A stretch of 62,915 nucleotides of DNA, the filler included, from Basidioascus undulatus (taxonomy: Eukaryota): assembly GCA_000826855.1 (NCBI GenBank). It is 6 parts of 6 records of this genome, joined end to end, with 100 filler letters (N's around TTAATTAATTAA, not from the genome) between each part and the next. Parts side by side here need not be neighbours in the genome. Positions count along the whole stretch, not along the records: positions 35,478 to 62,915 come from JTLS01000164.1; 5 more parts are not named here. One strand, given 5' to 3'. The notes beneath the pieces were generated by a model. That model saw nothing but the letters and a program-made list of their open reading frames with translations. It did not search any database and had not been told where the DNA came from. This document shows positions 52,801 through 62,915 of the stretch, piece by piece (position 1 is the first letter of the stretch; each line of letters starts with the position of its first letter). Made by a program: the position numbers and the translations under genes.

Positions 52801-55800
52801 GAGATCGAGAGGGTGCGTTGCTGGCTCCCTCCTCCCTCCCCTCTCCGTACACCTTGTTCAGGCGGTTGGCGAGCATGCGCTGACGGAGGAAGATTGACAG
52901 TGGGAAGCCGAGATTCGCGAGTCGCTCGCGCGGAAGAAGGCTGCGGCGCCGGTGAAGCTGACGCCGAAGGACAAGGCCGCGGTGGACGCGCAATTGAAGA
53001 AGGAGACTGCGATCCGCGCACAGGTGCGCGCGCTCGAGGCGCGCCTCCGCCGCGGCCTCACGCTCCTCGACGGCCTCGCCAAGGCGCAGGCCGACGCGTT
53101 CCAGCCGCACGTCGCGGGCATCGTGCAGATGATGCTCAAAGGCGTGCTCAGGAAGGGCAGCTTGCTCGTCGGAGACGTCGCGCTCAGGACGTTCCTTGTA
53201 AGTTTGAGTTTGGATTGCGGTAAGGGAGGGGAGCGCGGCGCTGATGAGGGAGGGAGCGGTCTGCAGGGCCTCGCCGAGTGCTGCTCGGATCGCTTGAGCA
53301 ACATGCGCACGTTCTTGGGCCTCGCTGTCCTGCGGAGCTACGAGATCCACGGTCTGCCGGAGGAGCAGACCGCTGAGCCCGTCGCCAGTGCGTGCCTCGT
53401 ACCCATCCTCTCACGATTGCCGACTGTTCTGACACTGACGTGGTTGACTGCAACAGACCTCATCGCACGCGTGCTCCACCGCATGCGCTCGCTGAGCGAG
53501 CAGGCCCCGCTCGACGCGACGACCTTCTCGTACGCGTCGCCGCTGCTCGACCGCGTCATCGCCGCTGGCGGCATAGGGCTCGAGAAGGACGACACGGATG
53601 GCGTTGAGGAGCAGCTGACGCTCGCGCTCGACATCATCGCGTTCCACTGCGGTGCTGGTGCGTTCCTCTTTTGCTTCCCCATACACCTTCCCACTTGGCC
53701 AGTTGCTGACGAGAGTGGGGCCTTGGTATTTGGCAGCCGCTGACGCCGCCTTCCCCCGCGTCAACATCATCAAGGACCTCCTCCGCATCATCGGCAACCA
53801 CACGCGCCTCGCCAAGTCGGCAGTCGGCGCTCTCGTCGACCTCGGCGAGTCGATCCGCGACAACGCGACGCCGGACGAGTACAACGCGCTGATCCGTGGT
53901 ACGCTCGCGGACGAGGTCTACGTCCGGAACGCTTGCTTGCAGGCTCTGCAGGTTCGTTTCGTTTCCAGTGCACCTTGGAAGGACGCGCGCATGCTGATGA
54001 GACTGCCTGTGTGCTCGCTGCTACAGCCCGTGGACTTGACCGACCTCGAGTTCTCGAGCGAGCTCTGGATCGCGTGCCACGACGAGGACGAGCAGAACAC
54101 CAAGCTCGCGTCCCACATCTGGGAGGACAACGGCCTGGATGTTCCCGAGGGCTTCCTTCCTCACCTGCTTCCCTTCCTGGGTGTGTAGTCCGCTCTTGTC
54201 CTACCATTATACCAGCCGCACTTACACCGTGCGCCCACAGACCACGTGAACGTCTACGTCCGCGCCAGCAACGCCCGTGCGCTCGCCGACGCTGTGCAGA
54301 GCTACCCCCAGCAGGTCAGCTCTGTGCTCAAGGCGCTCGAGGACATGTACCGCGAGAAGGCCAAGCCGGTCGCGCCGGAGTTTGACGAGTTTGTGCGCCT
54401 TGACTTGTATTTTGGAATCACAGATTTGCGGCAGTCATGACTGATGCGCTTCGTTGCGGTAGGGCATGATCATCCCCGAGTCGCTGGACCGCGCCGACCC
54501 GTGGCCCGCGCGCAAGGCCATCGCGCTTGCGTTCCAGAACCTCGCGCCGCTCTTCACCGACGCGGAAGTCGTGCCGTTCTTCGACTTCCTCATTGCCGGC
54601 GAGGCGCTGGGCGACGCGCACTCTGGCGTTCGTCGGGACATGCTCGAGTACGTTCCTTCTGAAGTTCAGATTTCTCCCTTCTTCCGAGCCATCCACCGAC
54701 GCCTATGTTGGCTCTTAGCTCCGGCATCGCTATCATCGACCTTCACGGCAAGAACAGCCTCCAGCAGCTCATCGTCCAGTTCGAGAGCTTCCTCAAGGAG
54801 CCGTCTTCGACCGAGACGCGCGACCGCGTCTTCGAGGCCGTCATCATTCTCTTTGGTCGTCTCGCCCGCCACCTCGACGCGAAGGACGAGCGCGTGCCGC
54901 TCGTTGTCGACCGCCTGATCGACGCGCTCCAGACGCCTTCAGAGCTTGTACAGTCTGCCATTGCGGAGTGTGAGTGCCCAATATCTTTTCACGCGAGGGG
55001 CGAATGCCCCGCTGATGGCGACACCCGCAGGTCTCCCGCCCCTCATCCAGACAATGCCCGAGCGCACACCGGCGCTGGTCGAGCAGCTGCTCAAGGACCT
55101 CGTCGAGGCGCCCAAGTACGCCGCTCGTCGCGGAGCTGCCTACGGTCTCGCTGGCGTCGTCAAGGGCCGCGGCATCTCGGCGCTCAAGGAATTCGACATC
55201 CTCCGAACGCTCAAGCGCGGCGCCGAGGACAAGAAGAACTCGCAGGCGCGGCAGGGCGCTCTCTTCGCGTTCGAGACCTTCTCGACGACGCTGGGGAGGC
55301 TGTTTGAGCCGTGGATCCCGACCCTCGTTCCCTTCCTCCTCACCTGCTTCGGCGACGCCTCGGCGGACGTGCGCGAGGCAACGCAGGATGCGGCGAGGGT
55401 GATCATGAGCAACATCAGCGTATGTGCCATCTTCCACCGCCTTATACCAGTTGGCGCTAACGCCCCGTTTGCGTGTCAGGGATATTGCGTCAAGGTCATC
55501 CTGCCGTCGTTGCTCGAAGGCCTGGACGAGAAGCAGTGGCGGACCAAGAAGGGCTCGATCGAGCTTCTCGGTGCGATGGCCTACATGAACCCCAAGCAGC
55601 TCTCCATCTCGCTTCCCACCATCATCCCACACCTTGCCGACGTCCTCACGGACTCGCACGCTCAAGTACGTGCGGCGGCGAACGCTGCGCTTAAGACCTT
55701 TGGCGAGGGTGTGTCGCTCTTTTGTTCCCTTTGATTTCGCTATGCTAACTATGACGCCCCGCAGTCATCAACAACCCCGAGGTACGCTCAGAGTCGATTC

Positions 55801-58800
55801 TTTAGGCTTGCGTCTGTCACTGATATCTGCTTTTACAGATCCAAGCGATGGTTCCCATCCTCGTCAAGGCTCTCGTCGACCCGACCACGAAGACTTCGGC
55901 CGCGCTCACCGCTCTGCTCAACACGTCCTTCGTGCACTACATCGATGCGCCGTCACTCGCCTTGGTGAGCAGGTCTGTTCACTTCCCCCAGAGCTTTCTG
56001 CTAAATTTTGGCATTTCAGGTCATTCCCATCATCGAGCGCGGTCTGCGTGAGCGTTCGGCCGAGATCAAGCGCAAGGCGACCCAGATCATCGGCAACTTG
56101 GCGTCGCTCACCGACTCGTGCGTGCTCCGCATTCCTAAAATATGGACGCATTGAGCTGAACTCCCCGTGAATAGGCGCGACATCGTCCCCTACATGACTT
56201 CCCTGCTCGGCTACGTCCATGCGGTTCTCGTCGACCCCGTTCCGGAGGCACGTGCAACGGCGGCGAAGACCCTCGGCAGCTTGGTGGAGCGTCTCGGCGA
56301 GGACACCTTCCCCGACATGATCCCCAACCTCATCAACATGGTCCGCTCCGACACGTCGGGCGTCGACCGTCAAGGTGCAGCGCAAGGTCTCGCGGAGGTC
56401 CTCAGCGGTCTGGGTATGGAGCGCATGGAGAGGTGCGTCGGGCATAATACTCGAATGTCAGAACGTCCTGAAGCTAAGCTGCCTCGTCCTGTCCTTCAGC
56501 CTTCTGCCGTCCTTCCTCGACGACACCAAGAGCTCTCGGCCCTACGTCCGCGAGGGTGCTATCAGCTTGCTCATCTACTTGCCGACGACCTTCGGTCACC
56601 GCTTCATCCCGCACCTCGGTCGCATCGTTCCGCCGATCCTTTCGGGTCTCGCGGACGACAGCGAGTTTGTGCGCGAGGCGTCGATGCGCGCCTCGAGGAT
56701 GATCATTGCCAACTATTCGGCCAGGGCCGTCGACCTGCTCTTGCCCGAACTCGAGCGTGGCTTGGTGCGTCCTCTGACGAGAGTTCGTTGCACGCTTCGG
56801 ACTTCGATCGCTGACCCACTTGGCACTGTAACAGTTCGACGAAAGCTGGCGGATTCGTCTCTCGTCTTCGCAGCTCATCGGCGACCTGCTGTTCCGCATC
56901 TCCGGTACGCTTGCCTTCCTATCACCGCTGATTGCGTTGTCGACCTCACCGTAATATCCCTCAGGCATCAGCGGCAAGGTCGAAGTCGAAGAGGAAGAGG
57001 AGGGCGTCGACACCGCAGCTGGCGAATCGTCTCGCAAGGCGCTCATCGATGCTCTCGGCCAGGAGCGTCGGGACCGCATTCTCTCGGCTATCTACCTCGC
57101 GCGCAACGACCAGGCGCACGCTGTTCGCCAAGCGGCCATCCACATCTGGAAGGCGCTCGTTGTCAACACCCCGCGTACCGGTTAGTCTGCGTCGTTTTTC
57201 ATTTTTAATATCGGCCGATTTCTGATCATTCAGTACTATAATAGTTCGCGAGATCATGCCCACTCTCATCTCGCAGATCGTCAATACGCTCGCCAGCGAC
57301 GGCCTGGATATGCGGGAGGTGAGGACCCCTGGCTTCGCGGCACACCAACATGACAACGCTGACGCGTTCACATCAGACTGCGGCTCGTACGCTCGGGGAC
57401 CTCTCCCGCAAGCTCGGCGAGAAGATCATGGGCGGTGAGTTCGCAAATGATCCCTCCTCTTCGGCTTTCGCTGACACTTGGATGTACCAGAAATCATCCC
57501 CATCCTTCGCGCGGGCACCACTGCTCCGGACGTCCAAACGCGCCAAGGTGTCTGCCTCGCGTTCTCCGAGATTCTGTTCGTCCATTACTCCCTGCGAGTC
57601 TCTCTTACATTTGCTGATATTGAGTTTACAGTGCCAACGCCGGCGAGGCGCAAATCGAGGATCACCAGGACGCCATCATCGCCGCCGTGCGCATCTGCCT
57701 CGTCGACGAAGATCCTCGCGTCCGTGCCGCTGCTGCGCAAGCGTTCGACGCCATGCAGGAGCACATCGGGCCGAAGGTGCGCAAAAGCTCCGCGATTCGT
57801 ATTGCATCGATCGAAGTCTGACCTGAACCTTGTTGGTCACAGGCCATCGATGAGACGATCCCCACTTTGCTCGAGGCGCTCCGGCAGCCCGGCGCCACCG
57901 CGAGCGCTGCTCTGGAGGCGCTCAAGGAGGTCATGACTGTAAGAACGACCTTCCCTTCTGGCTTGTTCCAACGTGCTCACACGTGTCGGACAGGTCCGCT
58001 CGGCCGTGGTCTTCCCAGTCTTGGTGCCGAACCTCATCGCGCAGCCCATTACCGTCTTCAAAGCCCACGCGATGGCCGCGCTTGTCACTGTCGCCGGCAA
58101 TGCCCTCAGCAAGCGACTCACCTCCATCCTCACCGCGTACACTAAAGCGCTCGAGACCGAGACCTACGAGGACGTTCGCGGCGCGATCGGCGAGGCGCTC
58201 CGGGCAGTGCTCGGCTCCGTTGAGGACGCCGAGGGTCTCAACACGCTCATGCTCACCCTCCTCGGCTGGGCAAAGCACGAGTCTGTCGCGAAGCGCATCA
58301 GTGGCAACAACCTTCTCGCCATCTTCGCGGCCGTCACCGAGCAGGACTTCTCGTATTACCGTCTCGACTGGCTGCGACAGCTTATCGATGCGCAGGACGA
58401 CCGGGAGCCTTCCGTGGTCGAAAGCGCCTGGAATGCCTTGGACGCGCTCGTCAAGACGATTCCCAAGGACGAGCTGGAGGATGCTGTCGTGCCCGCACGT
58501 CGCGCGATCGAGGGCACTGGGGCTGCCGGCCGCGTCGTTCCCGGCTTCTCGCGCCCGAAGGGCATTTCGCCGCTCGTTCCGATAGTTCTCGCTGGTTTGC
58601 TCACCGGTAATGCCGAGGTACGCCACTCACGCTTTCATTCTTGGTCGTTCGCTGCTAACTGACCCGCCTTGACAGCAACGAGAAGCTGCGGCGTACGCGA
58701 TTGGCGATCTCGTCGAGCGCACCTCCGACACCGCCGTCAAGCCGTTCGTGGTCCAGCTCACCGGTCCCCTTATCCGTATTCAAGTGCGCTTTGTATCCAC

Positions 58801-59804
58801 AACCAACCTTGTGTGATGCTGATGAGCTGACGTTCTACGCTGTTGTCGCAGGGCGAAAAAGTCCCGCCGCAGATCAAGGCGGCGATCCTTCACACTCTCA
58901 ACGTCCTCCTCATCCGCATCCCGACCTTCGTCAAGCCCTTCTTCCCGCAGCTGTCGCGCGTTCTGGTCAAGGCTGTCGACGTAAGTCTCGCTTGTCTCAC
59001 TTTCACACATCACGACAAAGCTGACACCTCATTTGACCTCTTCAGACTCCCGACTCGCTCAATGTCCGCACGCGCGCAGCGACCGCGCTTGGCACGCTCC
59101 TTCAGCACCTGCCTCGTGTCGACCCGTTGGTGACCGAGCTCATCAACAACGTGCGCTCTGCGGAGAGCGCGGACGTGCAGGCCTCCTTCGCGCTCGCTCT
59201 CGCAAACGTTGTGGCCAGCGCAGCCAAGTCGACCGGCGAGCCGGTCCGGGCGTCCATCATCGAGCTCATCGAGGAGTCGTTTGCGGAGACGAAGCGGGGT
59301 GAGTTGCTTACGAGCGTAAGCCGTCCCGAGATGATGCTGACCGGGTGTTGCTCCTTCGCAGAACCCTACAATGGCGCCGTCGCTAGCCTCATTGCCAACC
59401 TCGCTGCATTCGACGCGGAGATCGTTCGCTCCATCTTCGAGTGCGTTCGGCGTTTAGTTCTCGCAAGAGGGACGTGCTGACGCTGTCGTCTCTGCAGTAA
59501 CTTCCTGCTCTCCGAGCTGCCCCCTACTCAGCTCGTCTCCATCACGTTGCTCAACCTCATCGAGCACGCGCCGAACGCGGCGTATAACCTTGGCGTTGCC
59601 GAGCCAATGGTCCAGCGCGTCATTGCGTGCGTGCGGGCGGAGCAGGTACGTTGATCTCCCCCCTTTGCGAGCCGTCGTGGCTTAGTGGCTCACGCAAGTT
59701 ACATCCCACAGCCTGCCATTAGCCGCCCTGGTAGAGAAGCTCGGGACCTGCTCAAAAATACTGCGCCTTATGCGGACGACTTCGCCGTACAAGCGCTCAT
59801 CTGA
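49878..59804 (+). CDS. GCN1: Translational activator Gcn1 (HEAT repeats), many introns including a 17-nt microexon at ~55765-55781; first ATG at 49953, candidate ATT start at 49878
   Basis: [144 protein letters not shown] at 59802-59804. Confidence 0.97.
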
Positions 59805-60052
59805 TTTCCCTTTCCTCATCGCATTTCCATTGGTGTTTTGTATACCTTGAATCAATTGCTCCTGAGTACAATGCGCATCAAGCGCCACCAAGTGCAAGCC
59901 TGTCGGATGCACAATTTACCTTCAGTCCTCGATGAACTGACTTAAGAAGAGTAACAAACGGTCGGAACATGCGAAGCGGTGTGTGTATCATGCAAAATGC
60001 AAATGCTGGTGACAACAAGCGAAACATAGAATATAAAATGCTAAAGAGCAGC

Positions 60053-62915
60053 CTAGAAAGATATTAGTCCAGCTGCCATGCGTCTGTCCGACGAGTCTGC
60101 TACTGCGCCGACCGCCTCGACATGGGACATACGCCGCGCGTACTTCAGCAGGCACACGATCGCCGACGGGTTGATGCCCTCAATGCGCTTGGCCGCACCC
60201 TGTTGCCCATCGCCCAGTCAGCAACTGGCATGAAGTATTAGGACGAGAAGCTCGACGCACGATGGAGAGCGGCCGCGCCCGCTTGAGCCGATCCTTGGCC
60301 TCGAAGCTCAGGCCTGAGACGGCGTCGTAGTCGAGCGTCGGGCTGAGCGCGAGCGACTCCTCCGAGAGGAAAGCCTTGACGTCCTCCGCTTGTCTTCGGA
60401 GGTGCGGGATGTACAGACCTATCGCATGCCTCTCTCATCAACCCTGTCCGCCGGCTCATCGCAACACAACATCCAACGACGCACCCTCGATCCCGACTCT
60501 CTCCAACAAGAACGGGTCGATGTTGCGCAGCCCCGGCAGGGCGTCCACGAAGTCCTCGACCCTGACGAGCTCACCCGTCCGCGCGCTCTTGAAGCGAAGG
60601 ATGTCCAGCCCGCTCCGCAGCTTCCCGTCCTGCGTGATCACGATGCCGTGCCGGTCGCGCCACTGCTGCGGCGCGAGGATGAGCGACTCGAGCTGCTCTG
60701 TTGCGTGCGCTATTTGGCGCGCGGTGGAGGCATGCGAGGCGTAGCGGGTGGGGGAGACGGCGCCGGCGCGGAAGCCTGAAGACAGATGAGATGTGAGGGG
60801 AGGGCGAGCAAGATAGGTGTTAGGGTGGAAGAGACGGACCCTTGTCGGTCAGGCGAAGGTCAGCGTTGTCGGCGCGCAGAGTCATGCGGTACTCCGAGCG
60901 GGACGTGAACATGCGGTCTACCCGCCCAGCCTTGTCAGCCTCTCCTTCTCTCAACCTTCTTCTACAAAACATACACGGCTCCTCAGCGCCTTTAGTGATG
61001 AGGTCGTCCACCAGCACGCCGATGAAGCTGTCCGCGCGAGTGAGGACGAGCGGCGGCCTGCCCTGCGCTGCGAGACCCGCGTTGATCCCCGCAAGGATGC
61101 CCTGCGCTGCAGCTTCCTCGTAGCCCGTCGTACCGTTGATCTGGCCCGCGAGGTAGAGGCCCGAGATGCGCTTGGTTTCGAGGGTGGCTGGGTATGGGTG
61201 AGTGGACGGATGGAGGGAGAGGGTTGGGATAGCGTACGAGACAGCTCGCGAGCGTCGATGCTGAAGTGAGGGGAGAAGGTCAGTATGAGGCAAAGACTGT
61301 AGGGAGAGACCCGCAACGCACTGATCGTATTCCACTCCGTATCCGGGGCGAACCATCTCGACGTTCTCGAGACCGGGGATGGTGCGCAGCATCGCGAGCT
61401 GGTTCTCCTCCGGCAAGGTGCAGGACAGGCCGTTGGGGTAGACGATGTCTGCCAAACACAGCCACGTGAGCCGCCGCTTGTTAAGCAAGCAGACGACACA
61501 GAGGAAGGATGCGGCGCACCGGTATCGTACCCCTCAGGCTCGAGCCACACGGTGTGCGACTGCTTATCGGCGAACTTGATGATCTGCAGAACCGTCCCAA
61601 CAAGATCAGCTATAACACGCGTGATTTGAGAAAAGGTGTCGACGTACCTTGGACTCGAGTGAAGGGCAGTAGCGCGGGCCTGCCGAGCGCGATCGTGCAT
61701 AAGCTGCGGCGGTGGTGGTAGTATAGCAGCCACACGCACCCTTCACCGTCTCTCGGATGTGCACGCTCTTGTGCAAGTTTGCGCGCACGACGTCGTGCGT
61801 CTTCGGTGTCGTGTGCGTCTGATGAGTGGGGATCTGCCGATCCTACCTCCCGCCCTCCCAGTTCAGCTTCCACCTTCCCCACCTAAACCCTTTCACCCCC
61901 ACGCACCTTATTCCCCACCTCCCGATTCAAAAAGCTGAACGGCCTCGGCGGGTCGTCCCCCTCCTGGCGCTCCATCCCCCTAAACTCGATCGTCCGCCCG
62001 TCGAGCCGCGGGGGCGTGCCCGTCTTGAGCCGGCCGAGCGCGAACCCGGCCTGGCGGAGGGAGGCGGACAGCCCGGCGGGCGGGGAGGACGCGTCGTCGA
62101 GCCGCCCGAAGGCGGGGATCGTCCGCGGACCGATGTGGATCTCGCCTGCGAGGAAGGTGCCCGTGCAGAGGACGACGCGCGTGCAGGGGATCAGCTCGCC
62201 GGTGTCTGCCGAGGCGGAGGAGCATGGGTAAGCTGCACTAGCGGCAAGGGCTGAATGAAGGGATGGATGGGGGCGCACCTAATCGAACACCTTGCACGGT
62301 CCCCCAGGCCCCGTCCGCCCCCGGCCCTTCAACCCCAGCGTGCGAGTGCGAGAAAACGATGTCGTGTACGCCTGCGGCCCGCAGGTCCAGGTTGGGCACG
62401 GCGCGGAGAGCAGCTTGCATGCCGTCTCTGTAGAGCGTGCGGTCGATTTGCGCTCTAGGACCCTATGAAGTCGCAGAAATGTGATTTCCTGTGAGATTGT
62501 GGTTGGAGTGCAGTCATACATAAATCGAGCTGGACGAACGTAGACTGCAGGCCCTTTCGATCGGTTGAGCATCTTGAACTGGCATCCTGCCATATCTGCA
62601 CAGCACAGTCAATATGAAATAACTTCATGAATCAACACCAAACTTCAGCACGCACCTCCTATTCGGCCACACAACCCATCCAGCGCGTCCACCTCCCTTA
62701 CGAGTGTCCCCTTGCCCACACCGCCTGCCAGACGTGCCCCAATCAGCCTCCGCTTCTCCACCCAGACCCGTCCCAGAAACGCACCCAAGCTGGGATTACA
62801 GCTCATCACCCCGATAGACTCCAGCTTCTGCGTGAGCAGCACTGTCCTGGCGCCCGTTCGTGCGGCGGCGGCGGCGGCCTCGCAGCCGGCATGGCCGCCG
62901 CCGATGACTGCAACG
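60053..62915 (-). CDS. MTO1: Mitochondrial tRNA uridine-modifying enzyme Mto1 (GidA/MnmG); 5' end beyond the window
   Basis: [115 protein letters not shown]. Confidence 0.97.

Noticed and set aside
41140..62915. MRN1-ATP23-GCN1-MTO1 as a functional cluster
   Set aside because: Unrelated housekeeping genes in a compact genome; nothing beyond adjacency

Overview
Intron-rich, GC-rich fungal nuclear DNA. It is basidiomycete-like: short GT(G/A/C)CGT...CTRAC...YAG introns, plausibly Pucciniomycotina. The window is not one locus. Six contigs are joined by artificial 100-nt N44-TTAATTAATTAA-N44 linkers; the first five are 7007, 7002, 7000, 6985 and 6983 bp (size-sorted) and the last is 27.4 kb, so neighbourhoods across linkers are meaningless. 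Recognisable genes: a SLY41/TPT-family transporter, DAD3, eIF3b/PRT1, a GPI-anchored CFEM-like protein, the Swi1/Sol1 C-terminus, a PsuG-PsuK pseudouridine-catabolism fusion, RRG9, the 3' half of ESA1, a JmjC/Cys-rich protein, an F-box protein, an Mrn1/Nrd1 four-RRM protein, ATP23, GCN1 and MTO1. There are also two secreted charged/repeat proteins and several decayed F-box/LRR and membrane-protein genes. Most notable: (1) an intact ESA1 3' half begins at an orphan phase-2 splice acceptor with no upstream ESA1 exon, about 200 bp from the start of a divergent JmjC gene (giant intron with a nested gene, trans-splicing, or misassembly); (2) GCN1 has a likely non-AUG (ATT) start; (3) a Kex2-type two-repeat secreted precursor; (4) a CpG-eroded island inside a decayed gene. 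All exon coordinates were read by eye and are unverified.
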